From the NCBI GenBank assembly GCA_013265495.1, contig MU058289.1, forward strand, positions 434,001 to 498,000: a DNA stretch of 64,000 bases, given 5' to 3'. How positions within the stretch are numbered: the stretch's first letter is position 1; every line of letters starts with the position of its first letter. The notes beneath the pieces were generated by a model, which saw only the letters and a list, made by a program, of their open reading frames with translations, did no database searches and was not told the DNA's origin. Source of the stretch: Vicugna vicugna (Eukaryota). Of the stretch, positions 13,410-26,307 are shown in pieces. The position numbers and the translations under genes were made by a program.

Positions 13410-16400
13410 AGTTTATTGATGTCTAGTCAGTTCACAATGTTGTGTCAATTTCTGATGTACAGCATAATGCTTCAGTCATACATGAACATACATATATTCG
13501 TTTTCATACTCTTTTTCACCATAGGTTACTATAAGATGTTGAATATAGTTCCCTGTGCTATATAGCATGAACTTGTTCATTTTATATATATTAGTTAGTA
13601 TCTGCAAATCTTGATCTCCTAATTTATCCCTTCCCATCCCACTCCCACCCTAGTAACCATAAGTTCGTTTTCTATGTCTGTGAGTCTATTTCTGTTTTAT
13701 AAATAAGTTCATTTGTCTTTTTTTTTTGATTCCACATGTAAGCGATATAACATGGCATTTTTCTTTCTCTTTTTGGCTTACTTCACTTAGAATGACAATC
13801 TCCAGGTCCATCCATGTTGCTGCAAATGACATTATTTTTTCTTTTATATAACTGAGTAGTATTCCATTGTATAAATATACCACAGCTTCTTTTTCCAGTC
13901 ATCTGTTGATGGACATTTAGGTTGTTTCCATGTCTTGGCTATTGTAAATAGTGCTGATGTGAACATTGGGGTGCATGTGTCTTTTTGAATTAAGATTCCC
14001 TCTGGATATATGCCCAGGAGTGGGATTGCTGGAACCTATGGGAAGTCTATTTTTAGTCTTTTGAGGAATCTCCATATTGCTTTCCATAACAGTTGTACCA
14101 AACTACATTCTCATCAACAGTGTAGAAGGGTTCCCTTTTCTCCACAGCCTCTCCAGCATTTATTGTTTGTGGACTTTTTAATGATGGCCATTCTGACTGG
14201 TGTGAGGTGACACTTCATTGTAGTTTTGATTTGCATTTCTCTGATAATTAGTGATGCTGAGCATTTTTTTCATGTGCCTATCAGCTATTTGTTTGTCTTC
14301 ATTGGAGAATTGCTTGTTTAGGTCTTCTGCCCAGTTTTGGATTGGGTTTTTTATTATTATTAAGTTGTATGAGCTGTTTATATATTCTGAAACTTAAGCC
14401 CTTGTCAGTCTCATCTTTTGTGAATATTTTCTCCCATTCTGTAGTTTGTCCTTTTGTTTTGCTTATTGTTTCCTTTGCTGTGCAAAAGCTTATACATTTA
14501 ATTAGGTCCCATTTGTTTATTCTTGCTTTTATTTCTATTGCTTGGGTAGACTGCCCTAGAAGAACATTGCTAAGATTTATGTCAGATAATGTTTTGCCTA
14601 TGTTTTCTTCTAAGAAGTTTATAGTGTCTTGTCTTATATTTAAGTCTTTAAGCCATTTTGAGTTGATTTTTGTGTATATTGTGAGGGAGTGGTCTAACTT
14701 CATTGATTCACATGCAGCTGCCCACCATTTGCTGAAGAGATTGTCTTTACTCTATTGTATGTTCTTGCCTCCTTTGTCAAGGATTATTTGACCAAAAGTT
14801 TGTGGGTTTATTTCTGGGCTCTCAATTCTATTCCATTGATCCATATGTCTGTTTTTGTACCAATACCTTGCTGTTTTGATTACTGTAGCTCTGTAGTATT
14901 GTCTGAAGTCTGGGAGAGTTATTCCTCCAGCTTCACTCTTTTTCTTCTATTGCTTTGGCAATTTTGGGTCTTTTGTGATTCCATATAAATTTTAGGATTA
15001 TTTGTTCTAGTTCTGTGAAAAATGTCCTGGGTAATTTGATAGGGATCACATTAAATCTGTAGATTGCTTTGGGTAATATGGACATTTTAACAATATAACT
15101 TTTCCAATCCAAGAACACGGGATATCTTTCCGTTTATTTAAATCATTTTTAATTTCCTTAGTCAATGTTTTGTAGTTCTCCGTATATAAGTCTTTCACTT
15201 CTTTGGTCAGATTTATTCCTAAGTACTTTATTTTTTTGGATGCAATTTTGAAAGAGATTGTTTCTTTCCTTTCCTTTTTTTTTTTTTGGATAAAAGCTCA
15301 CTGGCTCTATTTTGCTTTCCTTTTCTGATATTTCATTGTTAGTGTAAAGAAATGCCACAGAAGTATGTTAATCTTGTATCCTGCTACCTTGCCAAATTCT
15401 TTTATTAGCTCTAGTAGTTTTTGTGTGGAACCTTTAGGATTTTCTCTATATAGTATCATGTCATCTGCATATAATGGCAGTTTTATCTCTTCTCTTCCAA
15501 TTTAGATCCCTTTTATTTATTTTTTCTTCTCTAATTGCTATGCCTAAGACCTCCAATACTATATTGAATAGAAGTGGTGAGAGTGGGTATCCTTGTCTTG
15601 TTTCAAATTTTAGCGGGAAGGCTGTCAACTTTCCACAATTGAGTATTATACTGGCTGTAGGTTAGGTTTGTCATAAATAGCTCTTATTATATTGAGATAT
15701 ATTCCCTCTATATCCACTTTTGTTAGAATTTTTATCTTAAATGGGTGTTGAATTTTATCAGATAGATGCAGAAAAACTGCATCTATTGAAATGATTATGT
15801 GATTTTTGTCCTTTCTTTTGTTGATGTGGTGCATCATGTTGATTGATTTGGATATGTTGAACCATCCTTGTGTCCCTAGGATGAGCCCAACTTGATCGTG
15901 GTGTCTAATCTTTTTTTATGTGTTGTTGGATTCTGTTTACTAATATTTTGTTGAGGATTTTTGCATCTATGCTCTTCAACAATATTGGCCTACAGTTTTC
16001 TTTTTTGGTAGTGTCTTTGTCTGGCTTTGGTACCAGGATGATGGTGGCTTCATAGAATTAGTTTGGGAATATTCCCTCCCCTTCAATCTTTTGGAAGAGT
16101 TTGAGAAGGACTGGTATGAGCTCTTCTTGGTATGTTTGATAGAATTACCCAGTGAAGCCATTTGGTCCTGGACTTTTGTTGGCAGGGAGGGTTTTTTGTT
16201 TTTAAATTGCTGATTCTGTTTCACTTCAAGTGATCAGTCTGTTCAAATGATCTATTTCTTCTTGATTCAGTTTTTGGTGGACTGTATGTTTCTAGAAACT
16301 TGTCCATGTATTATAAGTTGTCCAATTTGTTGCCATATGATTGTTCATATTATTATTCTCTTATGGGTTTTTTTTTGCATTTCTGTGGTATTGGTTGTAA

Positions 16401-18030
16401 TTTATCCATTTTTATTTTTTATTTTGTTTATTTGTGTCCTCTCTTCTTCTTGGTGAGCCTGGCCAGAGGTTTGTTGATTTTGTTTACTTTTTCAAAAAAT
16501 CAGCTCTTGGTTTGATTGATTTTTCTATTATTTTTAATGAATTTTATTTATTTCCTCCCTGATCTTTATTATTTCTTTCCTTCTGCTAACTTTAGGTTTT
16601 GTTTGTTCTTCTTTTTCTAATTCTTTTAGGTGGTAGGTTAGGTTGTTTATTTGAGATTGTTCTTGTTTTTTGAGGAAGGCCTATATTGCTATAAACTTCC
16701 CTCTTAGGACTACTTTTGCTCCATCCCATAGATTTTGTGTGGTTGTGTTTTCATTGTCATTTGTCTCAAGAAATTTTTAAATTTCTTCTTTGATTTCATC
16801 TTTGACTCATTAGCCTGTTAGTAGCATGTTGTTTAGTTTCCATGCTGTCATTTTTTTCTCATTTGCTTTTCTGTGGTTGATTTCTCGTTTCATGTCATTG
16901 TGGTCAGAGAAGATGCTTGAAATAATTTCTATCCTCTTAAATTTGTTGAGGCTTCTTTTGTGCCTGAGTATGTGGTCTATCCAAGAGAATGTTCCATGAG
17001 CACTTGAAAAGAATGTATATTCTGTTTTGGGGAGGTATGATGTCCTAAAAATATCAACTAAGTCCAATTGTTCTATTGTGTCATTTAGTATCTCCATTGC
17101 CTCATTTATTTTCTGTCTGGAAGAGCTGTCCAATGATGTTAGTAGAGTGTTAAAGTCTCCTACTATTATTGTATTCCCATCAATTTCTCCCTTTATGCCT
17201 GTTAGTATTTGTTTTATATATTTAGGTGCTTTTATATTGGGTGCATATATGTTAACGAGTGTAATATCCTCACCTTATATTGCTCCTTTGATCATTATAT
17301 AGTGTCCTTCTTTATCTTCGTTTATAACTTTGTTTTAAAGCCTATTTTGTCTGATATGAGTATTGCTACTCCCGTTTTCTTGTCATTTCCGTTTGCATGA
17401 AATGTCTTTTTCCATCCTCTCTCTCTTTTAATCTATGTATGTCCTTCACTCTAAAGTGAGTCTTTTATAGGCAGCATATTGTAGGCTTTTGTTTTATTAT
17501 CCAATCTGCCACTCTGTGTCTTTTGACTGAAGCATTTAGTCCATTGACATTTATAGTAATTGTTGATAGGTGTGTGTTTATTGCCATTTTGAACTTTGTT
17601 TTCCAGTTGATTTGGTATTTCTTCTTTGTTCCTTTCTTTTTTGTTTTTCTTTTTGTGGTTTGATAATTTTCTTTTGTATTAGCTCAGTTTCTTTTTGGTT
17701 TTTGTGACTCTACTGTATGCTTTTGATTTGTGGTTACCCTGTTTTTCAAGCATGTTAACCCGTTGCTATATCTGTTTGCTTTACACTGGTAGTCATGTAG
17801 GCTCAAATACATCCCAAAAAGAATGAAGTGAAAAAAAGAGAGAGAGAAAGAGAAAATCTATATTTTCCTGATCCCCTCTTCCACTTTTTATGATTTTTCT
17901 GTCCTTTTTTTCTTTTTTACATCTCTGTGTTTGTTCTCTTGTAAATCGTTGTAGTTATCACATTTTCAATTATGGTTTTCTCATTTCTATAGCTTCCTGC
18001 TTCTTTTCTATTAGAGTAGAACTTTCAATA
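13410..18030 (-). mobile_element. 5'-truncated LINE-1 with near-complete, disrupted ORF2
   Basis: ORF2 start near 17587 (MAINTHLSTITINVNGLN, endonuclease). RT and C-terminal fragments are in ORFs 16810-17133, 15646-15837, 14933-15118, 14299-14703 and 13686-13883. 3' UTR and TA-rich tail near 13390-13680. Confidence 0.95.
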
Positions 18031-18477
18031 TTTGAGACCTTCTTTTAATTACATGTCCAACAGTACTGAAGTGGAAACAAAAAGACCAGTTTCTTAGCTT
18101 TTTATCTTTTATATGTTATTTGTTTCCATTCCAGTGCCCACAGCATCTGAAGAGCCATCTGAGAGATGGCTAAGGGAAACTAGATGTCTTTAATAGATTT
18201 CCCACTTGGGTTTTGAAACATGAATTTAATAAAAACATTGTCTCCTTAACCTTCTGTGATATCCAGAATTCAGAAAAAGGCACCTTTTCATAGGACAACT
18301 CTTTGGAGGAATGGCCCAAGTTCCCGGCTACTGTTGGCATTACATGTTTCCCATCCAGCTTCCTCCTGGAAACTGTAGCAGTTTGAGGAGGTCACAACTG
18401 TGGGACACTCTCAAATAAAGGCATTTGACTACTTCTGCTGGGGACTGCTGACACCTTTTTATCATCCTGGATCCCCT

Positions 18478-18965
18478 GTGTGGTAGATTGTGAGTTAAAA
18501 TGGACTCCGTATTTCTCCTCCCTCCTGCACACCTTCCACACTAAATCTGGCTTTATCCATTGATTTGCTGTGACCACTGGGACAATAGCACATGTGACAA
18601 AAGCAGAGACTTGAAAATTGTTTGCATACTTTCGGACTTGTCTTTTCTTGCTGCTCTTGGGAACCCTGTAAACACCATCGTGTGAATAAACCTGGGCTGG
18701 CCTGCTGTAGACATATGGCGCAGTCAGAGCCATCATCCCAGCCATCTATACAAATTCCCAGCCAGCCATACATGGAGGGAGGCCACCCTGGGTCAACCAC
18801 CAGCCAACCCGTTAGCCGACTGCAGCTGCATGATTTAGCCCAGGTGAAAAAAAAACAGAAGAACTGCCTGGCTGACTGAGCTCAGCCCAAATGGTTCCAC
18901 AGAATCAGGAACTAAAAAAAAATCATTATTTTAAGCCACTGTATTTTGCAGTGGTTAACAACTAT
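18478..18965. mobile_element. MLT1-type MaLR LTR
   Basis: tgtggtagattg start, ttttaagccactgtattttgcagtggtt end motif. Confidence 0.6.
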
Positions 18966-19269
18966 TAACCAGTGGCTTCTAGACAACAAATATCACTTTC
19001 CTTGGCTCTGGGTAGAGTTCTCAAAAGTTGAAAAATTCCTTCAGTTTCCAGACTTGTTTCCTCAGTTTTCTGAATGAATCTTTATGTGATGAACGTTAAT
19101 GCCAGGGATCAAACGCCAGGATCGTTTTATCATTTTTTCCAGCAGGATTGGAAGTGGCTCTTCAGAAAGACCATTTTCTCTGTTTCACATCTTCCTATTT
19201 CCATTTTCAGAGCATCTGAAAAGATAGTCAATTCAGTGGGAAATCCTAATTCTGTTTCATGTTTTCAAT

Positions 19270-19500
19270 AGGTTTCTTATGTGGGTTAAGTGGTGTGTCC
19301 CTAGCTAGGCTCAGGAAGGTATGGAGAGGAACCACAGCCACCTGCTGGTCACAGCCCAGTAGGAACAAGAAAAAAGCACTGGAATCTAGAGACGCCCCTA
19401 CCTTCTGCAGTGTCCCTTCAGCGCCCTCTACTGACAGGCCTAACCTTGTGCCAGCTGATAAATGTTGGAATTTAGAGGCAATAAATTGATAACTGGCACA
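19270..19500. mobile_element. LTR41-like ERVL LTR fragment carrying a CTCF motif
   Basis: ctgcagtgtcccttcagcgccctctactgacag resembles the LTR41 CTCF segment as I recall it; core at 19421-19434. Confidence 0.55.
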
Positions 19501-21039
19501 GGTGAGTGATGGGGGCCCTTGATATTAATAAAAGTGACAGTGATGATAATAACTAACATTGACTTCTCAGTGCTTTATGTGACATTTATCTCCAAATCAT
19601 CAGGAGGAAGGCTTAATGGGAAGAGGGGACAGTGGTTCTTTCTGCTCCCAGGGTCTGTTCACCTCTTCCTAGACCTGAGCAGGCTCTGGGTATCCAACTC
19701 CCCCCCGCTCCAAGGCTGAGCCCATGGGGTGGCACTGACTCCATTCCTGCCCCAAGGTAGGCGTGTACCCCAGGAATGGTCTCCCCAGCCCCCAACACAT
19801 GGTGAGGGGACAATGGGAAACAACCCAGATGGGCACCGGCCACTGTCGGAAGCTTATACATCCAGTCAGGATGCCGCAGTGGTGCTGAAACTCCTGCCTC
19901 CCTTCCCCGCTGATTTGTAAAAATTCTTTTATTTTTATATTTTATTTCTCTCCTTAGCATTTCTTATCCTCCAGCATGTCTATTTCCCCTATTGGTTTTC
20001 CCTATCTCCCCGGTATAAAGGGAGAGCCTGGGGATTGGGTTGTTCCCCTGGGTCCCCAGAACCTAGAACAGTGCCTGGTGCCCATGATAAGGTTAGCAGT
20101 AATATCTGAAGGCATGAACGAGTCAATGATATTCACAATTTTACCACCTAGGACAGGGGCAGGTGCAAACTGTCTCAACATAGCTTTCTGGGCCCTCAGT
20201 CCCGGAGGCATAAGACATCAGTGACATAGTCGGCATAAGACAGGGTGTCACCAGATCCGGAGAGTTCAGTTCTTTTAACTACTGCAGCCCTCGAATATCC
20301 AGGACTCGCATTATCACTCTGGAAGACTTTCCATAACACTGTCAACTTTCCTAATTAAGGGCGGTTAACCCACATTGGACTCCTGGTTCTCATCCCCAAC
20401 TTGCCAAGGCCCCATTGGGGAGCCAGGAAAGTCAGTGGATTTCCCCAAAGATGATTATTGCCTCCAGAGTCTTACCCTTCTGGGAAGCCCGTTCCCTGCT
20501 GTCTGCTCTGTCGCTGACTCCAGGCTCTTCGAGCTCAGTTGTTCTGAGAGGACCATAATCAAAAATCCATTTCCCCCCAGCTTGTGAAACTATTCTGGTT
20601 AATACTGATAAAAGCATTTTTGATAGATTCAGTGAGTGGGCCATTTTGTAACCTGAACTTTTTGTGAGTTGGTTTCTAGAGAATTTGCCCTGTTTTCTCA
20701 CTTTCACTGCATTCTTCAGCCGTTTCTCTCTGCAATCCTAAATGAAGGCATTCTGAAATAATGCCATCTGATAAAAAATTTTAAATAATGACATTGTGTG
20801 CTCTGAAAAAATCATGATGCAACTGTGGGTGTAAATTATTTTTAAAATATTCATTAATTATCCAACTAGATAATCATTCCTGAAATTGGGAAATTTAATC
20901 ATAAAAATAAAACAATTTATAAGAAACGACGTATCTTATGAATCCATAAATTTCCCCCTTTTTTCCCTCATCTTTAGTGCTCTATAAATATAGAAATATA
21001 TATTCAGTTTTTTTTCAAATAAACTTTTTATTTTGGAAG

Positions 21040-21467
21040 CTTTTTATTTTTAAAATTTTTTTGACTTTTTAAAATTGAAGTATAGTCAGTTTATAATGTG
21101 GCATCAATTTCTGGTGTACAGCATAATGTTTCAGTCATACATATACATACATATATTCATTTTCATATTCTTTTTCACTGTAGGTTACTATAAGGTATTG
21201 AATATAGTTCCCCCTGCTATACAGAAGAAACTTGTTGTTTATCTATTTTATATATAGTAGTTAATATTTGCAAATCTCGAGCTCCCAATTTATCTCTTCC
21301 TACTTGCTTTCCCCCTGGTAAACATAAGTTTGTTTACTATGTGAGTCTGTTTCTGTTTTGTAGATGAGTTCATTAGTGTCTTCTTTTTTCTTTTTTTAGA
21401 TTCCACATATGAGTGATATCATGTGGTATTTTTCTTTCTCTTTCTGGCTTACTTCACTTAGAATGAT
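21040..21467 (-). mobile_element. L1 3' fragment
   Basis: Matches the L1 3' UTR at 13410-13795. Confidence 0.85.
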
Positions 21468-24400
21468 GGAAAGGTTTTTAGATTTACAGAAAAGGCACAA
21501 AGATAGTACAGAGAATTCTTGTATACCCTTCACCCAGTTTCCCCTAATGTTAAAGTATTACATAGCCATGGTATGTTTATCAAAACCAAGAAATTAACAC
21601 CATTAACATTACAAGACCATTAACTAAACTCTGGACTTTATTCAGATTGCAACTAGTTTTCCCACTAATGTCTTTTCTCCTGAGGATCCAGTCTAGGGTA
21701 CCACGTTGCATTTAGCATACATTCAGTTTTTGCACTTTGCATTTTTCTCAGTGAACAATCTGTCTTGGAGATTATTTCATATCAGCAAATATACATGTAG
21801 CTCCCTTTAAACTTAGCTGCACAGTATTTCATGGTGTGAAAAAATGAATTCTATAACTAGTTCTCTTCTGATTTGATTTAGGCTATTTCTCATTTATTAC
21901 TTTTCAGTTACCCTAGTCTTTGTGCACGCTCATGAGTGTATGTGCGGAATAGATTCCCAGAATTGGAATCAGGTGGGTCAAAGGGGTGTGAGTTTTACAT
22001 TTTGGTGAGTCAGCCAACTTACCCTCATGGAAGGATGTAGTTAGAGTCATGTGCCTGCTTGATTGCTATATAACATCAGTTTATTCTTTCCATTCTATGA
22101 TCTCCAATGGTGAAAGAGAGGTTGACTCAGTGGGACAGAAGAAAGGGATAAGCTTGTGCGGAGATGGCAAGAAGACAAGCCACAGGGGCCCCTCAGTGCC
22201 AGGCTGAGGAGTTGGACTTTGTGCTGAGGGCACTGGGGAGCCATGGAAGGTTAGAGGCTGGATGCAGCTCTGGACAGATATGGTCATGTAGAAGTGTGGT
22301 AGGAATGCCACTGAGTGGCTGTCTCTCTCTTCCGTGGTCCTGGGAGCCTCACTTGGCCCTCATCTCTTTGTTCCCCTCTCACCCACAGGAATGGGCCTCT
22401 GAGTGGAGGGGCCAAGGCAGAAAAACCCGTCCTGCTGCCTGAGGCCTGCCTTGGCCAGGCCACACTGCTGCCAGTCTGGCTGAGCTGCACTCTGCAAAAT
22501 ATGTGACCAGATGAAGCCAGAGGAGGTAGTGGCAGATGTGGGGCAGAGGTGGAAGCCTGCCTACCTGCTGCCCAGAGACCGGCTTGACTCCAAGACCCCA
22601 GTGTCTGACGAGACTTGACCTGCCTTTGCTGCTCAGGTACAGTTTGAACATGTTTAGTAAATAATTCTTTTCTCAACGCACATCTTATGTCCCACAGTCA
22701 CATTTTTATTAACACGCATTTCTTGAATTTTGTTGGAAGACAAAAGGATTAGTTGAGATAGAATGTTTGGAAATTACCAAAATGCCCCAGGAATGAAATA
22801 AAAATCCCCTGCAAATGTCTCCTCTTCCTTAATAACCAATGTCAACCTTTGAGAGACTTTGATTTACAATTTTAACACAAACACACATATATTTATGTTT
22901 TTATCAGAAAAGCAATCATATTTGGCATGCTTTTTTGTAATCTTTCTTTTTTCATTTATCAACTTCCCAGGTATTTTCCTATGACATTAAATATTCTTTT
23001 ACAGAGTGATTTTTTTAAGGGAAAAAGTGATTTTATGTGTATCAAGCTCCAGTAACTCCACAAATGTTCTTTAAAGACCCTCAGGCAAAAAGCATCGTAT
23101 TAACTCTAACATATGCTGAGCCCATGGGTTAAACATCTCTCAGCAAAAGCACCAAGCATTTTCAGGTATGACTTGACTTGTTAAAGCACAAATATGTGAG
23201 TCACTTCAGTGAATCAGCTTCAGCGCAGGGAGGATGGTGGAGCCCCACACATTTGGAATTGGGGTTTACCGGATGCAGCAGCAGCAGTTACCTGGCAGTT
23301 TGGGTTTTTTTCCCCCAGTTTAAGTTTTTATTCAGAGTGAGAAAGCATTTGAAATTTATTTTTTCCCCAGACAAATACCCAGTTGTCTCAGCCGCTTTAA
23401 AAAAAATAAAACCTTATTAGGGAGTGTTTAGTCCATTTATATTTAATGTAATTTTTATATGATTAGGTTTGTGTACCACCCTATTACTTTCCATTTTGCA
23501 CCTTTGTCTCCCCCTCCTTGCCTTCTTTAGATTTCACTGAGTAATCATTAGCATTCCACTTAATTTCCTCAATTGCCTTCTTAGCTATCACTCTTAATTT
23601 CTGCATCTGATTCTGATTACACAGGATTTAGAAAATCTCTGATTCATAATAAAATGGTCTACGAGTTCCTGAGCTCTTAGAAAGTACTGGAACTTATGCT
23701 ATAAGGTAGGGACTTCTAGGACCCCCATTTTATAGAGGGGCACACGGTGGTGGGGATGGGGAGAACCCAGTACTGCCTCTTTGCCTTTCTCAAGGAATCT
23801 GAGTCACAGACTAGGTCATTGTGAACTTGCTCATGAGCACATACCTGGATTTAAAAGTAAATTGGAACGAAGTACCCTCTTTGCTTGACATGTTTACAAC
23901 GTGGTCAAATATGTGCTCAGGGAAGGGGGAGAAGTTTCATTCCAGGGCCTGCAGAAAAGCCTGTTCGGCCGGTTAACCTGGAGGGCTGTTGGGTGTTAAA
24001 ATATGGTACGTATAACATCTATGTGGCTTTTAAAAACATTCTGGCTTGAAAAGCAAAGCTGTATATTGCTTAGTATTTTAGAAACCCCTTTACTAGTTTT
24101 TGTTTTAGAAATGTATTAGGTTATCTTTACAGAAATTTTTTTCAAGCATTATAAAGATATATATGAAAATTCCCCTTCCTCTTGGCCTTGCATCACATAC
24201 TCGTCTCAAAGGAGTCCTTCATAGGAAATATGTATGTGTCAATTTTATAAAAATGCAATCACTTATGCATATTGTTCTGCTCCTTGCCTTGTTTACTTAC
24301 AGCAGAGCGTGATGACCTAGGATGCATCTACACTGCAGCAGTTAAAAAAGAAGTGATTTCATACATGCTGACATGGAAAAATGGCCAAAATACATAGTTA

Positions 24401-24869
24401 AGTGAAGAAAACAAGTTGCAAAGCAATATTTAAATGATTCTATTACATGTGTATGTTGTGTAGTATACTATCTATACTATGCAAGTATATGTAGATGTGT
24501 TGATATAAATGTTTGAAAAGCCAAAAAGGACATTTGTCATGTTACCAGTTATCTACGGCGTTGGACCAGATTTGAGGGGGAGGTAGTTTACTGGGGAGTG
24601 GAACATGGGACACTTCCATTTCTTAATTTTTATCATCTTTCAGGTGGAAGAGTTACAAATGATTTTTGCTTTTTAAAAAGTATTTCCAACCGCCCCAAAA
24701 AAACCCGCAATGAAAAAGAAAAACAGAAAAAGAAAAAGAAAGAGGAAAAGTAAAATAAAGAAAAAAGACAAAAAAAGAAAAAATACTACAAAAAAGAGTA
24801 AAAACTATTTTCCCTATTCTTTTTTATTTGTTTTGTTTTGAAAACTACTTTCCAGCAGTATCCTACTTT

Positions 24870-25048
24870 ATTTTATTTTTTTATTGAAATATAGTCAGTT
24901 TACAACATTGTGTTAATTTGTGGGGTACAGCATAGTGATTCCATTTTATATACATATTCCTTGTCATATTCTTTTTCATTACAGGTTATTACAAGGTATT
25001 GAATACAGTTCCCTGTCCTGTACAGTAGTTCCTTATTGTTTATCTATT
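24870..25048 (-). mobile_element. L1 3' fragment
   Basis: attgaaatatagtcagtttacaa... L1 3' terminal motif. Confidence 0.8.
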
Positions 25049-25094
25049 GCTGTTCTTTCAAACATGATTTTTAAAAACCTTGACCCATTTCTTT

Positions 25095-25150
25095 CTTTTT
25101 TATTTTTAACATTTTTTGATTGAGTTATAGTCATTTTACAATGTCGTGTC
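25095..25150 (-). mobile_element. 56-bp L1 3' tip with 20-bp TSD
   Basis: aaaccttgacccatttcttt at 25075-25094 and 25151-25170. Confidence 0.85.
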
Positions 25151-26251
25151 AAACCTTGACCCATTTCTTTAAAAAGAAAAGACCAACCCTGCTTATGTAT
25201 CTACAGGAATAAAAGTACTGAAGTTTTCCTACTCTGCGTTTCTTGGAGATTTTTCCACGTGAAAACATTATTTTTTACTACTGTGTGGTATTCGGGAGTC
25301 TAGACCTAGCACAGCTAATTGAACCAGTCGCCTGGTGTTGCTCACTTAGGTTACTGTAATGAACATCCTTATATGTGTGCTTTCCAGTTATCTATACCAT
25401 CATGACATCTTTTTCTATCAGCTCACATAGACCTCTCGTCTTTTTGACAGCCACAGAGAATTCTAGTCCAAGGATATGAGCTTACAATCCCTCCCCCCGA
25501 TGAATGTTAGGTTGTTTCCAATTTTTCACCCTAACACATTTGACCATATACATCTTTTAACAGTGTATTTTAAAAAAGCTGACATCTGAATTCAGCATTT
25601 TCAGACCATCTGCCGACCAGTGGAATAAATGAGGACCCTGAGAAACTTCATTAGATGGGGAAGGAAGCCAAACTCTCCACGCAGGGCCTAATGGCTATGA
25701 AATGGCCAAAGCACGGGCGTGCTTCAGAGAGGACAAAAGAGCAATGATGAGCTTCAAAACCTGCTGTCATGCACCCCTAGAGAACTTGCCGGAAGCTGTA
25801 GCCCCTGGTAGGAGGATGTCTGTCACCTGCACTGGCCCAGCAGCCCTTGCTCTGATTTTCCTTTGCTAAACAACCCCCCTCCCAACACCACCCCCATGGA
25901 TGCATCCTTAGCAAGAATGTTAATCCAGGTGCCCTCCCTTCCTCAACCGAAGGGTGGGCCTAGAACCTAAACCAAGACAGTGAGATTTCATCCCTGACCT
26001 TGGCAACAGCTATTGGGAAAGAGGCCCTTTCTTGCTGTTGTGTTGCTGAGCTATGGAGGTGTAAGTCTGGTGTTGCCAGAGAAATTCTGCCTGAGAATGA
26101 AACGGGCTTCCTGGAAACTGAGACTGAACCTCTGGATCCAAACATGCCTGAAGCCAGCCCTACTGACTCAGTTACATGAGCTAGTAAATTCCATTTGATG
26201 TTTTAGACAGTGCCAGTTGGGTTTCTGCTCTTTTCATGGGAAGAGTTCTTG

Positions 26252-26307
26252 TTTATTCGCCTTTGCTTCATAAGAAAACAAATCAACACATTCAAGCAGT
26301 GTTTATT
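26252..26307 (-). terminator. UPK1A: UPK1A candidate poly(A) signals (two AATAAA)
   Basis: tttatt at 26302-26307 and 26252-26257, about 500 nt after the stop codon. Confidence 0.65.

Noticed and set aside
18251..22808. JmjC-like (GDFYFIPGAFW, EKVPFSEFW) or RhoGAP-like (ETEGIF) motifs in the cryptic islands
   Set aside because: The matches are too short, and the order is wrong for a JmjC domain. No family was assigned.
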